Source: Elsinoe ampelina
Taxonomy: Eukaryota
Assembly: GCA_010093995.1 (NCBI GenBank)
Contig: ML992504.1
Span: 1 to 64,000, forward strand
Direction: 5' to 3'
DNA: 64,000 nt
The notes under the pieces were generated by a model. It searched no databases. It saw nothing but the letters and a program-made list of their open reading frames with translations, and was not told the origin of the DNA. Of the stretch, positions 12,548 through 23,755 are shown one piece after another; the stretch's first letter is position 1; every line of letters begins with the position of its first letter. Both the position numbers and the translations under genes were made by a program.

Positions 12548-14119
12548 TTACCAGGGCGTTGGCTGTGGAAGTGTTGCCATCGGTGCTGTACACTTGTCGG
12601 CGAGCGCAGCCTTTGCTTCAGTGCTGTTGCTTGGAACGCAGTCGGTACCAAGGCCTCCCTTGATATTGTCGCAGATGATTACAGCTTTGTTGGTGGTTGT
12701 GCTGTTGCCGCATGGGCTGGTGACGGTAAAGTTCTTGAAGGTGATGTTCTCACAGACAGCATTGGGGTTGGAGCTGCACGTCAATTTGGCCACGGCGCGA
12801 CCGTATTTGCCGCTGGTGGTGCCTGAGAAGTTCTCGAACAAGACGTTGGTCACATTGACTTGCGATGGGTATGCAGCGCAGGTGGTAGCATTGATCTGAA
12901 GCAAGTCAGCCAGGTCAAGCCGGGGGAAGGAAGAACTTACGTTGAAGTAGCAAGAGTCCAGGAAGGCAGCGTACTCGTTGTTCGCATTCCAGAAGTTCCG
13001 GAAGGTCACGTTGTTGATGTAACCGTATCCGACATTGGGACCCGCCCATGACTTTAGGCGGGCGCCGTGCTGACCGTTGAGCAGCCACACATTCTCGATG
13101 AGCACATCCTCGATGATTGACTTCTCGCCCGCGTATTGGCCAATGGATCCCATGGACTGACCGTGGGTGCCGTTGCAGTACATTGTGTTGACGTGCACAC
13201 CAGTAGCGTTAGATTTGGGACTGAAGCAATCATCACCGATGTTCACCCAGGCACGCTCGACGGTGAGGTCCTTGATGTTGAGCGAATCGAAGAAATCGGT
13301 GTTCTTGGGAAGAGCGGTGGCGTTGTTCGATTCTGCGGTGACGACAATATCCTTATAGGAGATACCAGTGGCTATGCAGAGTTAGCAGGGATACAGAACA
13401 GTGATACGTCCAAACGTACAGGTGACGATGAAGTTCGTCCAGCACGGCGAGTCCTTGAAGTGGATACCTTCGATGCTGAGATCGGTGGCGTTCTGTGCAT
13501 AGAACAGAATGGGTCGCAGATACGCATTGGTAGGATCCAGAATCTCGAGCCCGGAAAACTCGTTCCACCACCTTTGTCCGTTGCCATTGAGGGTGCCAGT
13601 ACCATAGATTTTGATATTCTTGCCTCCGAATCGCCAGAACATGATGGAGTTCTGGAACGGATGTCTAAAGGCAACCTTCTGCCAGTAGGCAGTATCGTTG
13701 GTGAACTTGATCTCACCATCCAAGTGGATCTGAACATCATTCAAGAACGTAAGATCGAGTGGCTGTCCGATCATAAAGGTCTGGCCAGCAGGGAGGTACA
13801 AGGTGCCTCCATTGTTCGCAGCGCGGATACCAGCCTCGAAAGCAGCCGCAACGTCGTCAGTGTCGTTTGCCGAGGCGCGGAGAGTCACGACATGTCGTGG
13901 TGGTGAAGGAGGTGGAGATCCAGGGCCGCCAAGATACCCGGGAGGTCCTCCAGATGGGCCGGGATTCGCAGGTGCACAGCCAGTGCCGGGGACGGTGGGC
14001 GGCGTGGGAGGCTTGTAAGGATGCTTCTTCCTGAACTCTTCGACAGAGGCAGGGACGCCCTCAGGCAGGGCGGTCGCGGCCGCAGTCACGGCGAGAGCGA
14101 CAAGGCTCAGGAACTTCAT
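12548..14119 (-). CDS. pgxB: GH28 exo-polygalacturonase (PgxB-like), secreted; introns about 13372-13419 and 12896-12940
   Basis: Signal peptide MKFLSLVALAVTAAATA (ATG 14119). GH28 motifs KNTD, GDDC, GTHG and RLK, plus SMGSIGQY and WAGPNVGYG segments typical of fungal exo-PG B. GT-AG introns restore the frame. Confidence 0.88.
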
Positions 14120-14385
14120 CTTGGCTGCTCGATGGATGCTTCTGCAGGTCTTGGAAATGTCTTGTCCAAACACAAGCCTCCATGGCGGACGATCCAGGAT
14201 CCAAATACTCGCCGACAAGCATCTTGGCGAGTGCTTGACAATCCTTGCATTCCGCTTGCTCGGAGGAAATCAAACAAGAAATGGCAGGTGAGCGACAGGA
14301 ACCAGGTAGCCAAGCGCGAACAAGCTCATGGACGAGTTTCTCCAGGGCCTGGATCGTCCTCGGTGGCGGAGCAGTGCGATGCGGG

Positions 14386-14392
14386 TTGGTGG
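14386..14392 (-). promoter_or_regulatory. Candidate galacturonic-acid-responsive element (GARE core CCNCCAA) upstream of the GH28 gene
   Basis: ttggtgg on + reads CCACCAA on -, about 270 bp upstream of the ATG. Short motif, could be chance. Confidence 0.35.
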
Positions 14393-14997
14393 CAAGTTCT
14401 TCCAGGGTGACTTGGCAGAACTATCTGTGGAAGAAGAGGAGATGGGCAATTTGAAGCCAGAATATTCCGCCTATCAGCTTCATGAGGGAACACGAAGAGG
14501 TTTGTGGGGATCAATTGCGGGGGCGAAAGAGGAGATTGGACTCGTCAAAGATTCTCCGCCACCTCCCGGACTGCTGCTCTAAAGTCGGAATTTCATGGAC
14601 GAGATTGACAGAGCGGAACAAGAAGGACAGAGGCGGTAGCTGTCGGAGTTGATATATATCGATCGCAATTTCATGAAGAGACGTTCAGCCCCAGGATAGG
14701 GCCAACATATTCTGCTCTAAGCCCTGGAGTCAATCCGGAAGATGAACAGTCAGGGTTGAGGCCCTTGAGGGCAAACTCATGGGGCAGCCTTCCCCAGACT
14801 CTGTGCGTGCGATACTGTACCATGGCTCAGTCTTGTCACTGCGGCGAGGACAACTGCGGCGCCGTAGAGGCTGTGCATGAGTCACAGCGACGTGAGCAAT
14901 TGTCGCAACCAAATCAAACCACGATGATACGCCTGTTGAAGATCACTTAACACATTGATATCAACGACACCGATTCCGACAACGCAAAAACACCACC

Positions 14998-15819
14998 ATG
15001 CAAGGACAACCAGTTCTCGAAATGGCCAGCACGCCGACGGCCCTCGCGGACCGCATGAAACACTATGAAGCGAATTACGAGTACACACTATCAGCAGGGA
15101 CGCCAACTATCCTTCGCTTGGACGGACATACCTTCTCGAAATTCACGAGCCACTTCTGCCGTCCGTTTGATCAGCGGATTCATGATGCCATGATAGCCAC
15201 GTGTGATGACCTGCTGCGCTACTTCCCTCAGGCCACCGTTGCCTATACCTTCTCGGACGAGATAACACTTGTGTTCCCTCACGGTACCCAGAGTTACAAG
15301 GAGCGGGTCCAGAAGCTCGCGAGTCTTGCATCTAGCTATTGCTCGGTGCGATTCAATTCTCATCTTGCTTCCTGCCTATCGTCCAACCCTGAGCCGCGCC
15401 CAGCAGAGACTGCACTCGGACGCATCGGTACTGCTCACTTTGATGCACGTTTCTACACCGTACCGACTGTCGAAGAAGCACTCAACTGTCTCTTGTGGCG
15501 ATGTCGGCATGATGCGGTCCGCAATTCCGTTGGTGCCTTCGCTCGTACGCTCTATACAACCAGAGAGCTGCACGGAAAGTCGACTCAAGAAGTTTTGAAC
15601 ATGCTGAGGACGGAGAAGGGCCTAGTCTTCGAAGACTCAGTCCCCCGATGGGCGGTTGAAGGCTGCCTGCTCAAAAGACAGCAGGTCGAACAAGAATGTA
15701 TCAATCACAAGACGGGTGCGAAAGAAATATCGACAAGAACAGCCATCGGGGTGGAAGAACGGGGTGTGAGGGATTTCACCCCAGAAAATCTCAAGCTGGT
15801 CACGGACAAGTTCTGGTAG
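14998..15819 (+). CDS. Thg1-like protein (TLP), tRNA(His) guanylyltransferase / 3'-5' nucleotidyltransferase family, intronless
   Basis: DRMKHYE N-terminus, ILRLDGHTFSKFT, RPFD, AYTFSDEITLVF (catalytic D and DE), QKLASLASS, FDAR, WR..DAVRNS and LHGKS are all Thg1/TLP motifs. Confidence 0.9.
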   Translation: MQGQPVLEMASTPTALADRMKHYEANYEYTLSAGTPTILRLDGHTFSKFTSHFCRPFDQRIHDAMIATCDDLLRYFPQATVAYTFSDEITLVFPHGTQSYKERVQKLASLASSYCSVRFNSHLASCLSSNPEPRPAETALGRIGTAHFDARFYTVPTVEEALNCLLWRCRHDAVRNSVGAFARTLYTTRELHGKSTQEVLNMLRTEKGLVFEDSVPRWAVEGCLLKRQQVEQECINHKTGAKEISTRTAIGVEERGVRDFTPENLKLVTDKFW

Positions 15820-15885
15820 AAAACGACGCTCAAGCGGGGAGGATAAAATCCAGTGCAAGGACAAAACTCAAAACTCCAAAGTCGG

Positions 15886-16034
15886 TCCTCCAATCTATTC
15901 AGTCCCACTTCAACATGCATTGCGCCGCGTCCAGATGCCCAGGGATACGGCGCTAAAGCAGGTGTTCATCTGTTCCTGAGCCCGGAGAACACCCCATGGA
16001 GACCGGAGCCGGCAATCGCATCCGAAGCGGCTAA
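15886..16034 (+). promoter_or_regulatory. Candidate GARE (TCCTCCAAT, 15886-15894) and XlnR/Xyr1 site (GGCTAA, 16029-16034) upstream of the GH6 gene
   Basis: Exact matches to the known consensus motifs 330-480 bp upstream of ATG 16366. Short motifs. Confidence 0.35.
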
Positions 16035-16365
16035 TGTCACAACACCTCTGCCAACCACATTGTCGCTCAACTCCCTAAGCATGGATGAGCACATTCATTT
16101 CGGCTGCTCGGAACAATCGCAAGGTACTCCTTCTGGCTTTCGGAGTCAACAATGTGTCCACCTTGGGAGGTTGCAGGTCAGATGAGACCCGCCACTTGTT
16201 CACAGGCTCATCTGATGTTCAAATTGCGTACCGACAAGGCATGTCGACGAGAGATGAGCTTGTCCAAGGCCAAGATGTCTTGTATAAAGCTTTGAGCCTC
16301 TCTCACCCCGTGTCTCATCAGCAGTTTCAGCTTTACCATCTCCAGCAGACCCGACGATCGACATC

Positions 16366-17809
16366 ATGAAGTACGCTGTCGCATCCGCTGCGCTCTTTGC
16401 CGCTGGCGCCACTGCCATTCCCGTGTACGGCCAATGTGGTGGAATGGGTTGGACCGGAACTGGAACATGCGACTCTGGCACCGTCTGCAACAAGATCAAC
16501 GACTGTGAGTATAAATTGACCTGCTCGAAATCTCTGCTGACAACCATTCAAAGACTACTCCCAATGCCTGCCAGGCTCCGCATCAACCACTTTGGCCACG
16601 ACCACGCGTGCGACCACTACTGGTGGTGCCACCACTACTCGTGCCACGACGACAGCCGCTGCAACGACCACTCGTTCTGCTAGCCCGACCACCTCAGGCG
16701 GATCTGCAACCACCTCCGCGCCCTCATCATCAAGTGGGAATATCTTCCTTGGCAAGCAGTACTATGCCAACCCGTACTATGCATCCGAGGTCAACAACCT
16801 TGCCATTCCATCTCTTCCGGCATCCCTGAAGCCAGCGGCTTCTGCTGCGGCCAAGGTCGGCTCTTTCGTGTGGCTCGATACTCTCGCAAAGGTTCCCACC
16901 ATGGACACCTACCTCGCCGACATTCAGAAACAGAGGGCAGCTGGAGCCGACGTTATTGGTCAATTCGTCGTCTACGATCTTCCCAACAGAGACTGCAACG
17001 CCCTTGCCTCCAACGGCGAGTACCTTGTCGCCAACGGAGGTCTCCAGAAGTACCTTGCTTACGTCGACACCATCGTCGCCATTGTCAAGAAGTATCCCAC
17101 TGTCCCCATCGCTCTCGTCATTGAGCCTGACAGTCTCGCCAACTTGGTCACCAACCTCGGAACACCCAAGTGCGCCGAAGCCCAGCAGGCATACATTACC
17201 GGTGTCGAGTACGCAGTCAAGAACTTGGACTTGCCCAATGTCGCTCAGTACATCGATGCTGGACACGCCGGCTGGCTTGGTTGGCCTGCTAATCTCCAAG
17301 GTGCCGCCGATATCTTCACCAGCATCTGGACTGGTGCCGGAAAGCCAAAGTCCCTTCGCGGTCTTGCTACCAACGTAGCCAACTACAACGCCTTTGACAT
17401 CTCCACTCCTCCACCCTACACCTCGCCAAACCCCAACTACGACGAGAAGCTGTACATCAATGCTCTCTACCCTCTCCTCAAGGCCAAAGGCTGGGATGCT
17501 CGCTTCATTGTTGACCAGGGTCGCTCAGGCGCTCAGCCCACCGGCCAACAAGCCTGGGGTGATTGGTGCAATGCTATCGGCACAGGCTTCGGTCCAAGAC
17601 CAAGCACAAACACTGGTGATGCCCTTGTCGACTCCTTCGTCTGGGTCAAGCCAGGTGGTGAATCTGATGGAACCTCCAATACCACCGCCGTTCGCTATGA
17701 TGGCTTCTGCGGAAAGGCTGCCGCCCTCAAGCCTGCTCCTGAGGCTGGAACCTGGTTCCAAGCATACTTCCAGCAGCTCCTCCAGAACGCAAACCCCAAG
17801 TTGGCATAG
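16366..17809 (+). CDS. cbh2: Cellobiohydrolase II (CBM1 - Thr-rich linker - GH6), secreted; intron 16505-16553
   Basis: Signal peptide; CBM1 [31 protein letters not shown] after splicing; GH6 motifs VVYDLPNRDC, IEPDSLANLVTN, DAGHAGWLGW, WGDWCN and WVKPGGESDG. Confidence 0.96.
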
Positions 17810-18265
17810 AAAGTTCGAAGCAAGAGCGAGGTCTGACGGTCACTAAAGAAATACAGTTCACAAGTACATATTCTATCTATCGTTCAAATCTGAAGTCCAA
17901 GCTAGATCTGTCCCTCGTATTCGCTACGTTGATTCCTGACCATTACCGCTGCACACATGCAGTGTTATCCTGGATCTATGAGGTCGCTCGACCCGATCTA
18001 TCTGGTGACGGCTTGACAGATCTTCCCCGCCTCTGAGTGCCGATCCTTTGCTTCCCCAGGACGATTTGACTGTGCCGAAAGCCGCAAATCCGTGAAGCAT
18101 CCTCAACAAGCGTGGAAAAGGGAGCATCATCTCCAAATGGCGTGCAGGTCATCGTCGGGGAAGGGATCTGCCACAATATGATGCGTGGGCTACAAAAGTC
18201 GCCGCTGTGCAATCTCAAAGCATCTCTCCTCCTCCGGCCATGTCTACCCTCTCGATTACGACGAC

Positions 18266-19909
18266 ATGAAGCCTGGCGTATACCAGTTTTTGGTAGGCTG
18301 TTTCGCCGCCCTTGGTTCATTTCTCTTTGGCTATGACCTGGCTGTCATTGCGGAGGTCGTCGCCTCGGATGACTTCATCGAACGCTTTCTCCAGACCAGT
18401 GGTAGTACTCGCTCCGGAACTGTGGTCGCTCTCTTCACGGCGGGATGCTTCTTCGGGGCATTCGTCGCAGGATACACTCGCCGAATTGGTCGTAGGGGCG
18501 TTATCTTCTTCGCCTGCTGTATCTTCATCGTCGGAGGTGCCATTCAGACAGCTGCTGTGGTGATTGGTATGCTGTATGCTGGCAGATTCATCGCAGGACT
18601 TGGAGTCGGCCTGTTAACGATGATCATCCCCATCTTTCAAGCCGAAATATCACATCGAAGAATTCGTGGCAGAGTGACCTGTCTCCAGCAACTCTTCAAT
18701 GCTCTTGGCCAGATCTTCGCTGCATGGATTGGATACGGTTGCTACATGACTTGGACAGGGACTGGCAACAGTAGCGAATGGCGTATACCATTAGCGATGC
18801 AGATAGTGCCAGCATTCGTTCTAGGAGGCCTTATATACCTGTTTCCTGAAGTAAGCTCGCCTGCACTCGAACATGAGTGATGGTATATACTGACAGCTTC
18901 TGCGTATAGAGTCCGAGATGGCTTTGCGATAACGGGTATAGTAAGCAAGGGCTTCGAAACCTGGCGCTACTGCATTCTCAGGGCGACGAGACCGACCCTT
19001 ATGTCGTAGCTGAGTACGACTTGATCCACAATCAGATTGCCGACGAGCAATCGCAGAGCCGTATTACATTCCTCGACCTCTTCCGAGACTGGCCAAATGT
19101 CCGCCGGATGATTATTGTGACTATGATCCAAGGTAGTCGCGGCCGAGTCTCTGACAGTGACATTGCTGATATCATCTGCAGCTGAATGTCAAATGACCGG
19201 GATTTCGGCTCTACAATACTTCTCGCCACAAATCTACGCCCAGATTGGCATAGCAACCTCTCAGTCTCTGATGTTCAATGGGGTGAATGCTGTCATCGCT
19301 TTTGTCGGTACTGCGACCTGTATCCTGGTTGTCGATAAGATTGGGCGACGTCCACTAGAGATATGTGGAGCGGCCATCATGTGTGCCACCTTCATCGTCA
19401 ATGCCAACCTAATCAAGGCATTTCCTGCGTCCGATCCATCGAATGAAGCTCATTGGGCTTTCGTCGCTTTGACATGGCTCTTCAACTACGTCTTCTTCGT
19501 CACCTCTGGTCCTCTATCATGGGCCATCCCAGCAGAATTATTCGGGACAGGTGCATTACGGATGAAGGGTGTCAGCGTAGGTGCCATGACAAGTTTCGCC
19601 TTCAACACCATGATTGGACAGGTGACACCAGTCGCTGTCTCTGCCATAGGATGGCAGTATTACCTAGTCTTCATCATCTGCAATGCCACGAACGGTCTCT
19701 TCTTCTACGCATTCTTGCCGGAGACAAAGGGACTCAATCTCGAGGACATGGATGAACTGTTTAGGGAAAGCCCCACCTTCATACCCGGCTCAAAATGGGT
19801 CCCAAGCAGTCAGATCGATCAGGAAGCAGATGCTATCCGAAGAAGGAAAGGGTTCAAGGACGGCATGCCGATCGCCGAGCAGGTAGAGGACGTCGGAGCA
19901 CGTTTATAG
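18266..19909 (+). CDS. MFS sugar porter (Sugar_tr family); introns 18851-18909 and 19133-19181
   Basis: FLFGYDL, IGRR, GRFIAGLGVG, EISHRRIRG, WRIPLAMQ, PE|SPRWL across the intron, DKIGRRPL and PETKG motifs, with about 12 hydrophobic segments. Confidence 0.93.
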
Positions 19910-20494
19910 AACGATGTGTGCTCGCGTGGCGTAGGCTCTGACCAGACAGGCTTGCAGGGGGTGGCGCTTGAGCGGAATGGAATGTCTCTTCTTCCACCCT
20001 GGAGAGGATGATATTGAGTTACAGTGGTCGAAGGATCCCAGAAGAATTCTCCGATGAGCAGTGTAACGGGACCAAAGCCACTCTCATCCTCCTGACCATG
20101 TCCGCATGATCAGTCTCCCTCCGTCGCTTGTAATCGGTAGTGCAGAAAGAAGCCGAAATTGCAGACTCCGTGTCAAGATTTCCGCCGCCTTGGCGTTTGC
20201 TTGAAAAAGCGGGGATTGGTTGTGGGGACCCCACAGGGCCCTCAGAAGTGTCACCAAAGTGCCTGGACCTGAACATGCTTGTTTGCAATTATTCCGTCTC
20301 GCATACAACGCTAGATTGACCAGGTTGTGATTCCGTATTTCCCACAGCGAGACTCACGGTGCCATGGCCGATGGCTTGACTTCCGATTGTACACAGAGCA
20401 CTGACAAGGTACCCGCTTCCCTATTCAGGTCAATTCGCGAAGCACAGTGGCAGCCTCGATCACCTCTTGGTATGGAAAGGATGGTCCTGACATT

Positions 20495-20503
20495 TCCACC
20501 AAT
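20495..20503 (+). promoter_or_regulatory. Candidate GARE (TCCACCAAT) upstream of the PL3 pectate lyase
   Basis: Full match to TCCNCCAAT about 140 bp upstream of ATG 20644 and about 40 bp upstream of a TATAAAA at about 20544. Confidence 0.5.
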
Positions 20504-20643
20504 ATGAGAAAGATGGTCCTTGTATCGATACAAGCTTCCTAATATAAAACATGCTGTTCCTGTCGTGAGATCCTGATTGCACCCACCAGAGAAGCTAGAG
20601 CCACAACAGCTCCATTGTACAAGACGCATTCCAACTCAGCAAG

Positions 20644-21831
20644 ATGAAGTACTCAAGCGCCCTCGCTGCTGCTCTCCTCAGCGGCTCTGCCGTTGCTCAA
20701 GCACCCCTGTACGGGCAATGCGGAGGGTGAGTGCTGGTCCACATCTGTGTGTGAAGTATCGACTGACAAATCGTATCAGAACTGGTTGGTCAGGAGCAAC
20801 CACTTGCGTGTCTGGCGCCACTTGTGTCTCTTCCAACCAGTACTACAGCCAGTGTCTTCCATCTGGATCCGGGGGTGGCGCGACGACGCTGAGCTCCACG
20901 ACAAAAGCATCATCGACCAAGAGTTCGTCAACTAAAACGTCCTCGACCAAGACCTCGTCGACCAAGACCTCGTCGACCAAAACGACGACCACAAAATCCG
21001 CTACAACGACTGCCGCTGGTGGCGGTGGGACTCCTCCAGTCGGTGTGACCACCGTCTTCCCAGCTGCATCTGGGGAGACTGCTGCGGCTTCGCCGATTCT
21101 CGTGGCTGCCGGTGTCTCTTATGACGGTGGCATGAAGCGTTTCTCTCGCAACCGTAAGTAACACTTCTCAGGTCCGTATAGTGTACGCTCTAAACCAAAT
21201 TTCAGCCGACACCTGCCAAGAGCAGAAGGAAACTGATGAAGCTGCCGCCATGTTCATTCTTGAGGATGGCGCTAAGATTTCAAACGCCATTCTGAGCAAG
21301 GCTCAAGCCGAGGGTATCCACTGCCGTGGTGCTTGGTGAGTTTCCATGACATGATACTTTGGTCGACACTGACGTCGACGAAGCACAATCCAGAACGTAT
21401 GGTGGGAGGACGTCTGCGAGGATGCCGCCACCTTCAAGCAAGCTGCTGGCTCGACCTCATACGTTATCGGAGGTGGTGCTCGTGGCGCTGCCGACAAGAT
21501 CTTCCAGTTCAACGGCCGCGGTACTGTTTCCATCAAGAACTTCTACGCCGAGGACTACGGCAAGGTTATACGCAGCTGCGGTGACTGCACTGCGAACGGA
21601 GGACCCCGCAATGTCATCATTGACAACGTCGTCGCCAAGGATGGAGGGCCTCTCTGCGGCATCAACTCGAACTTTGGCGATACTTGCCGCATCTCAAACA
21701 GTTGCCAGGATTCTGGAAAGAACTGCGACAGATACAAGGGCGTTGTGAAGGGTGAGGGAAGCTCTTCCAAGATTGGTAGCGGTCCGGACGATATTTCATG
21801 CTTTGTCTCTAACTTTAGCGAGACATGCTGA
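20644..21831 (+). CDS. CBM1-containing pectate lyase, family PL3, secreted; introns about 20727-20779, 21154-21205 and 21336-21387
   Basis: [19 protein letters not shown] signal; CBM1 [35 protein letters not shown] linker; PL3 motifs [46 protein letters not shown] and [12 protein letters not shown] ends at 21831. Confidence 0.93.
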
Positions 21832-22051
21832 TTGAGGCTGCGGGTACTTGGTTGCCTTTGAGAATATCGATCAGAATGTAGCTGTGTCGTCGACGTCCAG
21901 AAATGCATCATCTGGTACAAGCAGATGATGTCGGTCCACATAGCGTATACAGTTGATGAACGAGGTGTAATCATCCTGCATGATGTCCAGGTGATAGAAT
22001 AAGAGAACGTGAGGCATGTCCGCAGCGGGAAAGTGCGGTGTTGGGCTATTC

Positions 22052-23516
22052 CTACAAATTTGCATCGATGCCACCACCCCTGCGGTCCCAAACCCCCTGG
22101 ATACCCATGTCTAAACGTCTAGAGATAGTCAGCTCCGGACTCACGACCACTTGAATCTTACGTACCCATCATCCCTGTGCCAGATGTACGGCTCTTCAGA
22201 CTCGCTTGCCGGATTTCGAAAGACAACGCTCTTGATCTGCACTTGATGTCAGTGTATGATCGGACGATAACGTTCGGCTTGACTGACAAGACCAAGGGTG
22301 AGGTGAATGCCTGCTGGTGCGCTAGAATCGTACTCTTCAAGAGCCTCGCCTTGGATCATGTGTTCGATGTTCTGGGCAACAATTTCAGCTTGCTTGACAG
22401 CCCTATTCCACAGTCAGTGCTGTTGCAGGACGAAAGGATGGATACTGGTACGGTCTGGCTGCCTTGTGAGCGCCTGTGTCGGCAACATCACCTAGGGCGA
22501 ATATGTGAGGGTAGGCGGAATCGGCCACTTGTAGCGTCTTCGAAACCTTGATGAAGCCGTCCCCCGTCAATACTTCAGATGACAAGGATCCTACAAGTTC
22601 TGATCGTGGCGTTTGGCCAATGCATATGATCTGTGAATGTCAGCCAGAACCGTGTTTTTGAGTCCTAAGCAAACGCTTACCGCGAAATCAGTGTGCACTT
22701 TGGAACCGTCCGACAGCTCAACATCATACCCGCGACCATCTGTCGGATATCCTTCAGTAGGCAGCTTTACTCGAGAGCCCAGTTTCGTGGCGACGCCCAA
22801 CTCCTCGAATCTCGACTTGATGAGCTGATCCAGCTGTGTGTTCATACGGCTCATGAGGGTAGGTCGAGAATGTATCAGTGTGACCGACTTTTCGGGATAG
22901 AGTTCCTTGATATCAGTAGCTGTCTGAACTCCAACAGCACCACCACCGATGATGGCCATGGATGATGCTGCCTCCACCTTACGAGCATGCTTGACAAGGT
23001 ACTCCACTCCATCCGCTTTCTCGGACCCAGGCAAGGTTGATGGTGCAGAGAGCTTGGTACCGGTTGCAACCACCTACCGATCACTTAGCATTGTCAGACG
23101 ATTAATGTATCGGGCTTACGAACAAGGTAGGAGAATTTGATTCTATCAGTCTGCTCGCCATCAAGATTGACCTTCCTATCAAGGCGCAGGTTTTCTTTCT
23201 CGATGGCTGTTGCCGCTGCCTGAATGACCAACCCAGAACCGGATGGACAAATGGCGAAAGTTCCGGGGACAAATGGAATGAATGCTTTCCTTGTTTCCAC
23301 CTTTGTTGTGACAGCGAATCTGGGAAAAGCAAACAGATGCTGGAAATGTGAATTCTTCTCGACGAGCAAGACTCGTAGACGACCTTTCAGCCTATTTGCC
23401 AATTGTTGAGCCACATTAATTCCTGTCCCGATCAGTGACTCGTCCAGTTGTTCAGCAGGGATCCCCTTACCAACATAGCTTCCGCCAATCACGACCACAT
23501 TCTGAATGCTCGCCAT
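22052..23516 (-). CDS. AMID/AIF-like (FSP1-like) FAD/NAD(P)H-dependent oxidoreductase, Pyr_redox_2 family; about 6 introns
   Basis: VVVIGGSYVG FAD-binding start, HLFAFPRFAV, VATG, IIGGGAVGVQ NAD motif, VTLIHSR, IFALGDVAD, HKAARP and IHLTLGL. The spliced C-terminus ends ...GVWDRRGGGIDANL* at 22052. Confidence 0.88.
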
Positions 23517-23755
23517 GACAAGTCAACTCGATGATCTGATATAAAAGGCGATATCATGAGCGAACTTCACACAGCATATAAACAATTACGTCTCCGAACA
23601 TACCCTGGCCGCGCGGAATAGCTCGGGCCGATTCCGCTCTCCCCCCACATCGGGACAGGCAACATTGGACTCCTCCATCTGTCCCGATCTCCCTTTTGCA
23701 CCGACAAGGCTGAAATTCATGAACATTTACTACGCTGTAGACTCGAACCGATCTA

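Noticed and set aside
13136..13906. 256-aa plus-strand ORF
   Set aside because: Antisense shadow of the GH28 gene, with no motifs.
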